A DNA stretch of 64,000 nt. Source: Octopus bimaculoides (Eukaryota). The first letter of the stretch is position 1. The number at the start of each line of letters is the position of its first letter. The notes beneath the pieces are model-generated. The model saw only the letters and a program-made list of their open reading frames with translations. It was not told where the DNA came from and made no database searches. Of this stretch, positions 36,047-49,235 are shown one piece after another. The position numbers and the translations under genes were made by a program. The DNA lies in contig NC_068981.1 in NCBI RefSeq assembly GCF_001194135.2, positions 5,699,998 through 5,763,997 on the forward strand, read 5' to 3'.

Positions 36047-37191
36047 AATCATTTTATGTCTTTTCAATACCCTACAAATCTGAAGTATTCTATGAACATT
36101 CACAAGTTTAGATATAAGGGAGAGAACTGCGTAATTCTCTTCTTTGAGGTGAAATAAAATTCTGTTTCATGTCTGCAAGATGAGTCTCTAATATGTTTAC
36201 CAATTGGATTTCTGTGAGAGATACTCAACAAGAGTAATGAGTAATTGTTGGCCTGGCTGTTGCATTTCAACCTGGACATTCCACAAATTGTTTGTTTCTT
36301 TTCTTAGATTAATTACAGCCAACACAAACTGTATGGAGCCTAAACTTAACCGTTATGATAAAATGGTTATATAATAAACAAAACAAAACGGCTGAGGCCG
36401 TACGTTTTCAAACCAAAGCACAATCCTGCAGAAACCAAAGATGGCCAACTGAAAGTGATTATTTTATGACATGATATTCAAATATCTTATCGTCAGATCT
36501 AGCTTTGATTCATTTCTAAATATATCGTTATTAATATCACCTTCTATTTCATTATTTTAAAAAGGTCATATCTTCGGGGCCAGGTAGAGATTCTTAATAG
36601 ACAACCTCACAATTTATGAAATATTTCATCATCATCATTTAACGTCCGTTTTCCATGCCGGCATGGGTTGGACGGCTTGACTGGAGCTGGCAAGGCCAGG
36701 TGCCACACCAGGTACCATTGTCTGTTTTGGCACGATTCCTACGACTGAATGCCCTTTCTGATGCCAACCACTTTACAGAATGCACTGGGTGCTTTTTATG
36801 TGGCACCAACAGGGTCACCAAATACTTTGCAAAAGAAAAAAAAAAAAAAGCAAAGTTCCCTTAATTAGGGGTGGGAAGTAGTATTGGGGGTTGGCTTTGT
36901 GCCATTTGAAAGATTAAAGGTATAGAGGGGACAGATGTAGAGGTCCTGTTGTAGATACAGATTCTATAGAACCAAAACAACTAACATTACATAAATATTA
37001 ATATGACAAAACACTAACAGATGACTAGACTTCAACTGTTTGGACCGAGACCTGCTGTCATTATTTAACAGTAACGACATTCATTTATTGTCCCGTGGGT
37101 CAAATTTAATATTATGCTGTTTTTGCTCTGTGCAGGATGTCAAGAACGTTTTGGAAATGTCCAAATTTAGTTAGATTACCCAAAAGGATTA

Positions 37192-37372
37192 CCAGATATA
37201 CTCAGCTATAAGTCACACTTTTTCCCCTGAAACGTTTACCTAAAGTTGGGGATGTCACTTATAAGTGCATCCTATAACTTCTAGTCAGATCAATGCTAAA
37301 ATTCCTGATTTGAACCTTTAATTCGGGGGTGCGTCTTATAGGTGGGGGCGTTTTATAGTCAAGTATATACGG
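37192..37372. mobile_element. Tc1/pogo(Tigger)-like MITE
   Basis: TA|CCAGATATACTCAGCTATAAG ... TTATAGTCAAGTATATACGG|TA; TA on both sides. Confidence 0.72.
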
Positions 37373-37766
37373 TATACTAAATTAGAAATTATACAACACA
37401 AAAAAAACTACTGGGGTACATTTAGTATTTTTTTCAACATCTCTGGTTTAGCAAGAATATACCATATAGAAAGAATATATTACACATCCACACACATACA
37501 ATCAAGATAGTAATAAGACAAAGAAATCGTTTAACACATCTTTAACGATCAGTTAAAGTTGTTTCTGTACCAACTCTGCTTGCAATACCAATTTACACGA
37601 AAGTTCAAAGGGAAAATTTTACATAATGCTTGCAGTTTTAGACATTAGAGTGGCACTTCATCAGAGGCACCAAATCCATAACCAGCATGCACCTCATGTA
37701 ATCCATGGAGGTGCTGCCCAACATGTCCGTTAAAGTCATCAGCCACAAGAACCAAGTGTCTGTCTA

Positions 37767-38197
37767 TTAGAAAATTACTATTTTTAAATCTCACAACGTG
37801 AGATATTCAGTAACAGTACTTTGGAGTAAAGATTGTTTGCCAACATAACCTGGCAGTCCTGGTTTAGGACGAATGTTGCTGTAATTTAGCCCCAGGAGAC
37901 ATCGTCTCCAGCTGGCTATACAACACAATCTGTCCTTATATTTTTGAACAAGTGAATCTAGCACCCCCACTCAGCCCAAAACAATATCTGTGTATCACAA
38001 TTTCCAGGTTATTCCCCCTCATCAGCACAGAATAATTGCTCGGCTAGAGGTGGTGCTGCCAAATTCCCGTTTGAAAATGTAAGGACACAGATTGTGTCAT
38101 ATAGCCAGCTGGAGACGATGTCTCCTGGGGCTAAATTACAGCAACATTCATCCTAAACCAGGACTGCCATGTTATGTTGGCAAACAATCTTTACTAC
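37767..38197. mobile_element. Long-TIR MITE family copy 1 (also 40800-41047 and 63501-63809)
   Basis: About 120-bp arm GTAAAGATTGTTTGCCAAC...CTGGCTATA inverted at 38080-38197; shared terminus TTAGAAAATTACTATTTTT. Confidence 0.82.
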
Positions 38198-38761
38198 AAG
38201 TGCCTGTCATTTGTTGTTGGGGTAATCTCCAGAAGGACCTCGTAAAAATGGCCCTTGTGCTACGGCCATATATAGTTTAGAATCGATTCTCATTGCATGA
38301 ATGTTTATATAATGAATATGTTGATTAAAATGTACATGTATATGAATGTAATATTAATCATCATCGTTTAACGCCCGTTTTTCATGCTGGTATGGGTGGG
38401 ACAGTTTGACTGAGGTCTGGAGAGCTCCAATCTGATCTGGCAAGGTTTCTACAGCTGGATGCCCTTCCTAATGCCAACCACTCCGAGAGTGTAGTGGGTG
38501 CTTTTTATGTCACCTGCATATTAATAATAATTAAATATTACAATATATATATATATATATATGGACACATGTAAGCCATGTTAATAACTAATTACGAGAC
38601 CTTAGATTCAACTAACTCTCTCCCCATCTATCATACAACGGGTTTATTGAACTTTGAACCTAACTAAAATGTAAGACTATCAAATTATTGAACTTTTTCT
38701 TCTTCCTGTTTTTTTCCAAACACTTTCCTTCTCTCTATTCCCTTTTAACTTTGCTTTCTCC

Positions 38762-38838
38762 GTTCTGATGATGTCTATCAACTGCAACGAGGTAAATACA
38801 TATTTACCCCAGCCTGATATACGGAAACAGCTGTAAAC
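38762..38838 (+). ncRNA. Candidate hammerhead ribozyme with extended stem II (decayed Penelope terminal repeat)
   Basis: GTT CTGATGA ... (TATCA/TGATA, GGTAAATA/TATTTACC) ... GAAAC AGCT GTA AAC; palindromic ACAGCTGT stem III and GUA triplet; stem I only 3 bp and stem II base weak. Confidence 0.5.
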
Positions 38839-38959
38839 TTACTCTAACATATTCCCATCTTAAGTAATTAATGGCTTTATAACAACACCAAAGACCCACT
38901 TCTCATTGTTATTTATTTATTTCTCCATTTTGTTATCGTCTTTATATATATATTTATTT

Positions 38960-39575
38960 GTGAATACCCGTCAGAGTGTAAGTATCTTGAGAGAAAAGCT
39001 GAACATTAGAAGCATCAGTTGTGGTGTGCAAGAGAGACGATTGCGCTGGTATGGACATGTGGTGACAATGGATGAGGATAGCTGCTTGAAAAAGTGCCAC
39101 ACCCTAACAGTTGAGGGAACCCGTGGAAGAGGTAGGCCCAGGAAGACCTGGGCTGAGGTGGTGAGGCAAGACCTTCGTACATTGGGCCTCACCGAGGCGA
39201 TGACTACTGACCGAGACCTTTGGAAATGTGCTGTGCGTGAGAAGNNNNNNNNNNNNNNNNNNNNNNNNNNNNNNNNNNNNNNNNNNNNNNNNNNNNNNNN
39301 NNNNNNNNNNNNNNNNNNNNNNNNNNNNNNNNNNNNNNNNNNNNNNNNNNNNNNNNNGAGCGTGGCCGCTTTCGTGCGGGTGACACGTAAAAGCACCCAC
39401 TACACTCTCTGAGTGGTTGGCGTTAGGAAGGGCATCCAGCTGTAGAAACTCTGCCAAATCAGACTGGAGCCTGGTGTAGCCATCCGGTTTCACCAGTCCT
39501 CAGTCAAATCGTCCAACCCATGCTAGCATGGAAAGCGGACGTTAAACGATGATGATGATGATGATGATGATGATT
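38960..39575 (+). mobile_element. RTE-clade LINE 3' end, young copy, with internal gap and (GAT)n tail
   Basis: ILREKLNIRSISCGVQERRLRWYGHVVTMDEDSCLKKCHTLTVEGTRGRGRPRKTW; tail near-identical to 48137-48365. Confidence 0.88.
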
Positions 39576-39626
39576 TATTCTACTGTAGAAGAAGTCTATA
39601 TGGAGGTATCAAGTTTAGAAACTCAC

Positions 39627-39682
39627 TGATTTTGCGAAACTGAAGAAACTTTTAGTTTCTCCAGTAACCACACTGGAAGTTC
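39627..39682 (-). CDS. VAT1L: VAT-1 homolog-like exon: (G)TSSVVTGETKSFFSFAKS
   Basis: 56 nt; acceptor tcttttgcAG, donor GTGAGT; phase 1 to 0. VTGETKSFFSFAKS is a VAT1L-type signature segment. Confidence 0.9.
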
Positions 39683-39947
39683 CTGCAAAAGACAGAAATT
39701 GGTTTTAGATTCAAAACCATTCATTGCAACAAAATCAAACAATAATAATTGTGGATCTAAAATAGTTAATGTTTTTAAATTAACCAATGAAACAAGGGAA
39801 ACATTTCAAAGAAAGGAAGAACAAGAGTGAATAAACATCAGAATTCATACAACTTATGTTTGCGGTGGTGCCAAAAAAGTCCACCCTTTTGATACCAACC
39901 CACCCGAAACTGTCCCCTGATTCTACGATAAGAACTTGCTGTTTTAA

Positions 39948-40026
39948 CACATAAAGCATGATGGGCCACGATCGTGGTTATCAGGCACAGGTTGACAGGC
40001 CACGATCGTGGCCCAGATAGATGCTT
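39948..40026. mobile_element. Possible miniature piggyBac-like element with 16-bp inverted repeat
   Basis: TGGGCCACGATCGTGG (39962-39977) and CCACGATCGTGGCCCA (40000-40015); TTAA at 39944-39947 and 40027-40030. Confidence 0.45.
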
Positions 40027-40799
40027 TTAATTTATGGTCAGTTGTTGGGGGTCCAATGTCACTCAAACGTTCCAATACCCCCCCAGAATGCAAGAGGACT
40101 AATAGTTCAACTACTGACTTTTCAGATGATGTAAAACTTGCCACCATTATATATGTAACAGATGATTTCCGATTTATAACTGTTGAAATTAATTTTTAAA
40201 TAATATGATAGATGTAATCTGTTTGTAAGGACTGGTTCTTCGCTGATAGCCATTATGTAAAGATGAAAGAACAGTGATTGAAGTTGTGAAGAAAATATTT
40301 ATTTACTGATACATCGAATATACTTGGCCTTGATGGGCTTGTGATAAAATCCTAGAATGTGCAAAGTAAAAAAGTTAATTTCGGCCTGTGTGTTCTTATT
40401 GTAGTAGTAAACCATAGAGAGAGATATGGTAATATGCAGAGAAGAGAAAGTGAGTTAGCGAGAGAGTGTGAGACGAAACAACTGCTCCATTGGTAAGTTA
40501 CCATAGTTGTTCTCTTTGTGCCCTTTTCTTTAGAAATGGTGTTTTGTTTAGCCTGTCAGCCAGACTTTGTTCTCACCGAAGTGACTAACTGATTTTTGCT
40601 TGGGGGTTCTTGCTTTTATAATGATCCAGAACGATAGACATATCATTGAGAGCAATAGATTTAGTTGGTGGTCTTGTTATCTTAATTCTAGCTTTTGGTG
40701 AAATAGAAGAGGTTAGAAAGGTCAAGTGGTGAAGACATTATTTCAGCCTAGCTAAAGCATCTGGAAAATGTAAAACTGCTGTCACTAAAAAAATGATAT

Positions 40800-41047
40800 G
40801 TGTGTATCAGTGATTTCCAGGTTATAGTGATTTGAGCTGAGTGGGGGTCTTAAAGTCCTTTGTTCAAAAATATAAGGTCACAGATCATGTCGTATAGCCA
40901 GCTGGAGACTATGTCTCCTGGGGCTAAATTACAGCAACATTCATCCTAAGCCAGGACTGCCATGTTATGTTGGCAAACAATCTTTACTACAAAATACTGT
41001 TGCTGAATATCTCTCGTTGTGAGATTTTAAAAATAGTAATTTTCTAA
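40800..41047. mobile_element. Long-TIR MITE family copy 2 (single arm plus part of spacer)
   Basis: Reverse complement of 37767-37980; ends AAATAGTAATTTTCTAA. Confidence 0.8.
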
Positions 41048-41464
41048 CAAACAAAAAATGCTCAAACAAATTGAATTGTCAGAATGTTAATTAGCCTATA
41101 ATCGTTAGTGGAATTTATCTTTAAGTTGCAGATAAATATAATTTTAGCAATTTCCATATCTGTGGCGCCACCAGTTTCCAGTTTCAAATTACTATTTTAA
41201 CATTTCATTAACCCAATTTGTCTTTTAGCTGATCAAATAAAATACCAGTCATACACCAGAGTCCATTTAGTATGCCTATAAAGCATCCTTGAAATGAGAA
41301 TGGTAAGAAAGTTGGCAGCAAACAGAAATGGCCATTACAACCAGAAACTCATTTGAAATTCTTAACGGCAGCAATCTACTTAAAAGGTAACTAAACTAGA
41401 TTTCTGTTCCCCTTTTTTCTGTCAAATTACATTTGAATTAATAGAAAACCCTTCAAATACTCAC

Positions 41465-41568
41465 CAAACAGTATGTACCGTCCCATGGGCTTCAACAAAC
41501 TGATCCCTTTGTTAGTATCGTCCCCACATAGACAGTCCATGACAATATCAACACCCTCAGGAGAAATC
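41465..41568 (-). CDS. VAT1L: VAT-1 homolog-like exon: ISPEGVDIVMDCLCGDDTNKGISLLKPMGRYILF(G)
   Basis: 104 nt; acceptor ctttttaaAG, donor GTGAGT; phase 2 to 1, matching both neighbours. GVDIVxD and LLKPMGRY motifs. Confidence 0.93.
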
Positions 41569-41884
41569 CTTTAAAAAGATAGGATTTTAGAAAGAATTAC
41601 AATGAAAAAAAAACCCCCTGAATATAGACTTTCTTATGGATGTTAAATGATGATGACAATGATGATGATGTTTGCATGGATTGGAGAGCATTTACTGAGG
41701 GAGATTTTCTACATCAAATGCCCTGCCTGCTGTCAACCCTCACCTGTTTCCACATGGTCAGATGCTTTTGCAGAAATATTGGAAACAAACAACACTGCTT
41801 GTATGATGGTGACACTTATTTACAACTACCATGCGAGTATGAAAAACACAGTAAAACATGATGATGATACACAAACACACGTGT

Positions 41885-41916
<32 letters not shown>

Positions 41917-42430
41917 GATGAGTTTCTTTTAGTTTCAGTCAACCAAATCCACTGATAAGGTTTTGGCCCAAGGCTGTAGTAGAAAACACTTGCCGAAGGT
42001 GCCATGCAGTAGGACTGAACCTGGAACCATCTGGTTGGGAAGCTTGGGAAGTATATTTCTTATAAATCAGACCAAATCTAATTCTTGTTGACTGGCCCTC
42101 ATGTCGGTGGCATGTAAAAGCACCCACTACACTCTCGGAGTTGTTGGCGTTAGGAAGGGCATCCAGCTGTAGAAACTCTGCAAGATCAGATTGGAGCCTG
42201 ATGCAGCCTTCTGGCTTACCAGTCCTCAGTCAAACCGTCCAACCCATGCCAGCATGGAAAGCAGACGTCAAACGACAACAATGATGATGATGATGATCCA
42301 CAAACAATATTCTCTCTGATTCAATCAATGAGCTTCAAACATTAAGAGTAATCCTAGCAAATCTTTGAATGTTTCTTTAGAAAATGGTAATGTCAGGATA
42401 AGAAGCAAAAGAACCTAAGAAACTACTTAC

Positions 42431-42573
42431 TTCCTTATTTCTTGTGTATAGTCCAAACTGTGGTCATAGACGTGAGTAACTTTATCCTTCAGCGATTCGT
42501 GTTTATGGGCAGACGCCGTTCCATACAAAGTGACATTGTCAACAGTTTTAGATAACTGGATTATAGCCTGACC
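42431..42573 (-). CDS. VAT1L: VAT-1 homolog-like exon: GQAIIQLSKTVDNVTLYGTASAHKHESLKDKVTHVYDHSLDYTQEIR(K)
   Basis: 143 nt; acceptor gtgtttttAG, donor GTAAGT; phase 0 to 2. Completes GGVG and carries the GTAS motif. Confidence 0.93.
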
Positions 42574-44211
42574 CTAAAAACACAAAGCGCCAACATGGAA
42601 TATTATTTCAACTTTAAACATCTTCCTGAAATTGTGTACAGGAAACAATGGTTTCAAATTTTGGCACAAGGCCAGCAATTTTGAAGGGAAGGGATTGGTT
42701 GATTACATTGACCGCCCCAGTACGCTACAGGTATTTTATTTGATCACTCCCACCTCCAAGAGGACAACAGACAATGTCGAACTCAGTAGTATTTGAACTC
42801 AGAACATAAAGGGCCAAAAGAAAGGCTGCTAATCATGGTTTCCAACATTCTAAGGATTCTGTCAACTTGCAGCCTTAATGATTGTTCCAAATTTTGGCAC
42901 AAGGCCAGAAATTTCCAAGGGAAGGGGAAGTGTCAGTTACATTGACCCCAGTACTTGACTGGTACCTTATTTTAATGACCCTGAAATGACGAAAGGCAAA
43001 GTTAACCTTGATGCAGTTTGAACTCAGAATCTAATAAGCTGGAAGAAGTGCTGCCCAGCATTTTGTTCTTGGTATATTATGGGATGATCATGGCTGGAAC
43101 TTCTTTGATCAAAGTTTGGTTTCATTAAGGCTGACCTAAACAACACCATCTTCTTCAGTCAGCAAGAGTAATTCATTTTAAAAGTTATTTTAGTTTTGGA
43201 TTTGGTCTGCAAGGTTCTTGAGGTGAACTTGTATGCTGAAACAGATTTTGTTATATCTTGGGAGGGTCATTATGCCAACAACAAACACATGCACTGGTTA
43301 TATTTTCCTTTTATATTTTACTTAGTCATTAGACTGTGGCCATGCTGGGGCACTTATTCTTTTGTTCTCTCCTGCCAAGCTGCTAACTTAAGGGGATGTA
43401 AACACACCAACACCAGTTGTCAGTTTCTGTCCGCCAAAACCACTCACAAGGCTTTGGTTGGCAAGAGGCTAAGGTAGAAGACACTTGCCCAAGGTATCAT
43501 GTAGTGGGACCGAACTTGGAACCATGTGGTTGGCAAATTTCTTACTGACACACCCGCACCACTTCTTTATGTTTATTAGTCATTTCGTTAACTAATTTAG
43601 CCAATTAACTAATTAATCGTTTGCAATCTCACCAATGACATGCTCTCTATCCCAGGCCCTTTTAACCATTTATTTCCCCTAATTAACGTCTGAGTAAGTC
43701 CCTCTTGTTGTAAATAATTATGGAAATAAAATATTTTAAAATATATTTATAGACTTTTTGAAAATGGTTTCTCAATTAGAATCACTTTTTGCCGACTTCC
43801 ACAATTTGAAGTATTTTTGGTACTGGCACTCCATTGGTTACGATGACGAGGATTCCAGTTCATTCGATTGACGGAACAGCTTGTTGATAAAATTAACATG
43901 CAAGTGGCTGAGTACTCCACAGACATATGGACCCTTAACATAGTTCATAGGGAGATTCAGCAGGTCACAAAATGTGACTTGTCTGGCCCTTTGACATACA
44001 GGACAACTCATTGATGCCAGCTGAGTGGACAGGACCAACGTGAAATGAAGTGTCTTGCTCAAGGATACAATGCATCACTGGGGATTGAACTCCTGATCTT
44101 ATGACCATGAGCCATATACCCTAACCACTAAGCTACTCGCCTTTTGGTAAATCCCTTATTAAGGATTCCTAATTGGCAGGGGTTTAAGAAATATCAGAGA
44201 ACTATACTCAC

Positions 44212-44427
44212 CACTCCCCCGGCTATGCAGTGTGCAAGAACAGATTGTCCAGCACGCAAGTTACCGATGTCGAAGAGAAGGATGTAAGCGGTCAGATAGT
44301 TCATGGCAATAGCAGCAGCATCATGGAAGCTCATTCCTTCTGGCATTTTGTAGACATATTTCACAGGAACACTGGCAAATTCAGCCCAACATTGGCCTTC
44401 ACTCAGAGCAATCACATTGTCACCAAC
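44212..44427 (-). CDS. VAT1L: VAT-1 homolog-like exon: VGDNVIALSEGQCWAEFASVPVKYVYKMPEGMSFHDAAAIAMNYLTAYILLFDIGNLRAGQSVLAHCIAGGV
   Basis: 216 nt (72 codons); acceptor cattacAG, donor GTGAGT; phase 0/0. Runs into the AGGVG NAD(P)H-binding motif. Lies within ORF 44194..44439. Confidence 0.95.
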
Positions 44428-45346
44428 CTGTAATGACAAATAAGAAACATTTAAAACATGCCATAAAGGAGGGGAATAAGGATTTCATATTTTGCTACAA
44501 GGGCAGCATGGGGGAGGGGATTAAGTCGATTAGATCGACCCCAGTGTGTAACTGGTACCGATTTAATTGACCCTGAAAAGGTGAAAGGCAAAGTCGACCT
44601 TGGCAGAATTTGAACTCAGAACATAAAGACAGATGGAATACTGCAAAGCATTTCGCCCGGCGTGCTAACGTTTCTTATTTCTTTATTGCCCACAAGGGGC
44701 TAAACATAGAGGGGACAAACAAGGACAGACAAAGGGATTAAGTCGATTACATCGACCCCAGTGCGTAACTGGTACTTAATTTATCGACCCCAAAAGGATG
44801 AAAGGCAAAGTCAACCTCGATGGAATTTGAACTCAGAACGTAACGGCCGACGAAACACCGATAAGCATTTCACCCGACAGGGCAACGTCTCTGCCAGCTC
44901 NNNNNNNNNNNNNNNNNNNNNNNNNNNNNNNNNNNNNNNNNNNNNNNNNNNNNNNNNNNNNNNNNNNNNNNNNNNNNNNNNNNNNNNNNNNNNNNNNNNN
45001 NNNNNNNNNNNNNNNNNNNNNNNNNNNNNNNNNNNNNNNNNNNNNNNNNNNNNNNNNNNNNNNNNNNNNNNNNNNNNNNNNNNNNNNNNNNNNNNNNNNN
45101 NNNNNNNNNNNNNNNNNNNNNNNNNNNNNNNNNNNNNNNNNNNNNNNNNNNNNNNNNNNNNNNNNNNNNNNNNNNNNNNNNNNNNNNNNNNNNNNNNNNN
45201 NNNNNNNNNNNNNNNNNNNNNNNNNNNNNNNNNNNNNNNNNNNNNNNNNNNNNNNNNNNNNNNNNNNNNNNNNNNNNNNNNNNNNNNNNNNNNNNNNNNN
45301 NNNNNNNNNNNNNNNNNNNNNNNNNNNNNNNNNNNNNNNNNNNNNN

Positions 45347-45397
<51 letters not shown>

Positions 45398-46114
45398 GTA
45401 TGTATGTATGTATGTCTCCCCACCATCGCTTGACATCCGGTGTTGGTGTGTTTATGTCTGTCACTTAGCAGTTCAGCAAAAGAGACTGATAGAATAAGTA
45501 CTAGGCTTACAAAGAATAAGTCTTTGGGTCGATTTATTTGACTAAAGGTGGTACTCCAGCATGGCCACAGTCAAATGGCTGAAACAAGTAAAAGAATTGA
45601 AATCTCAAGGCTAAGACATAATGCAAGATTATAATAAGCATTATGTTTAATGGAGTAATCTGATTGCTAACGAGTTAAGGGATTTTATGAAAGCAAAACA
45701 AAAATAAAAAAACAATATGGTGTCATTATGAGTAAAATCTTGCATAAGGGCCACTCATAAATGTGTTCTGTTAGCATGTATCATACTTCTTGTTTTAGGG
45801 GTCTGTGACGCCATAGATACTCTCCCATTTTTTTTGCCCAGTGGAACTTCCAGGATGTGACACCTTGGGGAAGAAACGGCTTCACCCCTACTAGGTTGCA
45901 ACACCTTTTCAGCTGAGTTGGCAAACATGAAATGAAGTACGTTGCTCAAGGACACAATGTGCTGCATAGTCTTGGAATTGGACCCGCAACTTTATGATTC
46001 TAACCACTAGGACATATGCTTTTGAATATATGTAAACAGAGGTTTCAGCTGTTCCAATCTTACCCTTTTCTAAAAATTCCTGTGGTAGGTCTTAACTATT
46101 TATTTGTGAAACTG

Positions 46115-46295
46115 GTTAGCTATTTGCCGGCAAGTGATTGTCAATTATTTGCCCGTCAACCATTTTACCTATCAACTTGGAATCAACTATTTGCCTATCA
46201 AGCCTTTGTCAGCTATTTGCTTGTTAAACCATTGTCAACCGTTTGCCCATTAGCCCATTGTCAACTATTTGCCCGTCAACCCATTGTTATCAACA
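46115..46295. repeat. Degenerate minisatellite, unit about 25 bp (TGTCAACTATTTGCCCGTCAACCAT)
   Basis: About six imperfect units visible. Confidence 0.8.
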
Positions 46296-46399
46296 AGTCC
46301 TGTTTCTCTCGTTAGTTAATTAATGCTGAAGTTAGAACCGGTTTGGCAAGAATGAAAGATGCCTGACTGCAACCCAATCTCCACTGATGAAAGATTTCT

Positions 46400-46960
46400 T
46401 CTTCCTTCTCATATGAAATAGATTGTATACAGGAGGGAGGGGGGGGCGAGGGGAAGGAGGTGTACCACTGTTACAATATCACCAACAGGAGCTGGGGGCT
46501 AGTAGAACCGGTTTAGTCTGGAATCTGAGGCAATTGGTGAGGGCCTGTGATGGCAACAGCCCAAGAGAGTTTCTGGAGACCGAAAGGGTGAGAAGCAAAA
46601 ATGCTTTGGGTTCTTTTTACCGTTTCTGCTTCCATAATCTGACCCTTTCTCCATTCTCTCTGTGCTCCTTCATCTTCACTCCACCCATTAACCCCACCAC
46701 CTCTCACCATACAAATAACTCCGTCCTGGTTTATTCTCTCTTGAACACTGTTCTACTTCTGGCAATCAAAATTATTGATATTCCACAAACACTTCTCCAG
46801 AATTGGTTGCGTAAACATCAATATATTGAAAAAACAAGGAGGAGGAGGAAATGAGATTGTTAGCCGTGAGATACTGTGTATGGATATCACAGCAGTACAG
46901 ACATAACTAATGCAGAGATGATATCCTAATGATATAGCTATGTTGAGAAGATACAACAGT
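46400..46960 (-). mobile_element. Decayed Penelope-like GIY-YIG C-terminal fragment
   Basis: Minus translation ...TVKRTQSIFASHPFGLQ resembles the I..L.T..P.GLN end of PLE endonucleases; weak. Confidence 0.4.
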
Positions 46961-47851
46961 GATATAGATCATCATTGTTTAATGTCTGTTTTCCATGCTG
47001 GCATGGGTTGGACGGTTTGACTGAGGTCTGGAGAGCCAGCGGTTGCATCAGGCACCAATGTGATCTGGCAATGTTTCTACAGCTGGATACCTTTCCTAAT
47101 GGCAACCACTTCGAGAGTGTAGTGGGTGCTTTTTACATGGCAGTTAGGCGGACCTGGCATCAATCACGTTTGGATAGTGCTTTTTAGTGCTTATATATAA
47201 ATGAGTTTGGATGGATATATTATCTAGGCGAATACTACGATGGCTCTCAGTTATGTTCCAGGTTATGGCTCACCACATCAATTAGTATTTGGGGTCTATG
47301 ACTACTATTAGCTGCAGTGAAAATCATGCCAAGCTGCATCTGCAACTGCATGTAATCTGTGTAGTGGAAATGTGTAGATCATAAAGACCATAAGAGTAAT
47401 GTGCATAAAATTGTAAAAGAAGAAATAAATTGTGAGGATGAACAAGTCTCCATGTTCTATATTGTTATAAGTATTGCTTCTATATATATCATCATCTATC
47501 TTTTAACATCTGCTTTCCATGCTGGCATGGGTTTGATGGTTTGACTGAGGACTGGTAAGCCGGGAGACTGCACCAGGCTCCAATCTGATTTGGCAATATA
47601 ATATATATAAACACAGGATTCTTTCAGTTTCTGTTTACCAAATCCACTTACAAAGCTTTGGTCAGCCTGGAGCAATAGTAGAAAGTACCAAGCAGTGGAA
47701 CTGAACTCAACACCATAGGGTTGCGAAGCAAACTCCTTATTCACATAACTATGCTTGTGTCTATAAATTCAAAGAGAAATTCTAAGTTTTCCAATGAGAA
47801 GTAATTAATTAGTTGTTATCTTTCCTTCTTTTTCTCTCCCTCTCTCCATAT

Positions 47852-47882
<31 letters not shown>

Positions 47883-48364
47883 CACAGTTGAAATTTATAG
47901 AAAAACAAAAGACGAAGACAGGTGTATGAACAAGCAGGTGTGTTAGTTTAATGATCAGGAAAATGAGAAAGTATNNNNNNNNNNNNNNNNNNNNNNNNNN
48001 NNNNNNNNNNNNNNNNNNNNNNNNNNNNNNNNNNNNNNNNNNNNNNNNNNNNNNNNNNNNNNNNNNNNNNNNNNNNNNNNNNNNNNNNNNNNNNNNNNNN
48101 NNNNNNNNNNNNNNNNNNNNNNNNNNNNNNNNNNNNGGCACATAAAAGACACCATTTCGAGCGTGGCCGTTTTCGTGCGGGTGACACGTAAAAGCACCCA
48201 CTACACTCTCTGAGTGGTTGGCGTTAGGAAGGGCATCCAGCTGTAGAAACTCTGCCAAATTAGACTGGAGCCTGGTGTTGCCATCCGGTTTCACCAGTCC
48301 TCAGTCAAATCGTCCAACCCATGCTAGCATGGAAAGCGGATGTTAAACGATGATGATGATGATG

Positions 48365-48407
<43 letters not shown>

Positions 48408-48729
48408 TGAGTGTAGACAAATTTTAGGCATTGAAACATTTTGAAATCTTTACATTACTCCAACATCTCAAATGTTGTGGAATATTGAAATATCGTAATA
48501 TTCCATAAAAGGAAAGATTATGGCTTTTGGGAATTATTTATTCATTCCATGGAATACAACTGGGAGAAATGGTAAAGTTGTGTACAAAGCATCACACAAT
48601 AAGGATATTGGTAATTGCATAACACAACGCATTGCAGCATTATCGCTAATCTCCAGAAAAAAACTGTCAAAATGTTTTAGTTACAGGAGCTAAATACAAG
48701 TAAATTCAATGGTAAAGTTATTATATAGA

Positions 48730-49235
48730 CACATTCATTCATACACACACACACACATATATATATACATACATGCACACACTTGTAAACAGACACGTAT
48801 AGATATGTGCCTGCATACACATACGTATACATGCACACACACACACACACACTTGTACACACATGTATACATGCACACGTATACACACACATGTATACAT
48901 GCACACGTATACACACACATGTATACATGCACACGTATACACACACATGTATACATGCACACGTATACACACACACGTATACATGCACACGTATACACGC
49001 ACACGTATACACACACGTATACACACACGTATACACACACGTATACACACACATGTATATATGCACACGTATACACACACATGTATATATGCACACACAT
49101 GTATATATGCACACGTATACACACACATGTATACATGCACACATGTACACACATGTATACATACTCATATCCAGAAACAAACATATACACACACAGACAG
49201 ACACATGTAACTCTACACAAGCACACACACACACC
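48730..49235. repeat. Alternating purine-pyrimidine minisatellite, unit about 28 bp ACACGTATACACACACATGTATACATGC
   Basis: Direct inspection; accounts for the His/Thr/Cys/Val ORFs 48677-49368 on both strands. Confidence 0.92.

Noticed and set aside
46384-46430. CTGATGA...GAAATAGATTGTA next to the Penelope relic; similar decayed motifs at about 37640-37670 and 54546-54585
   Set aside because: Stems do not pair convincingly or GAAA is mutated; at best dead relics.
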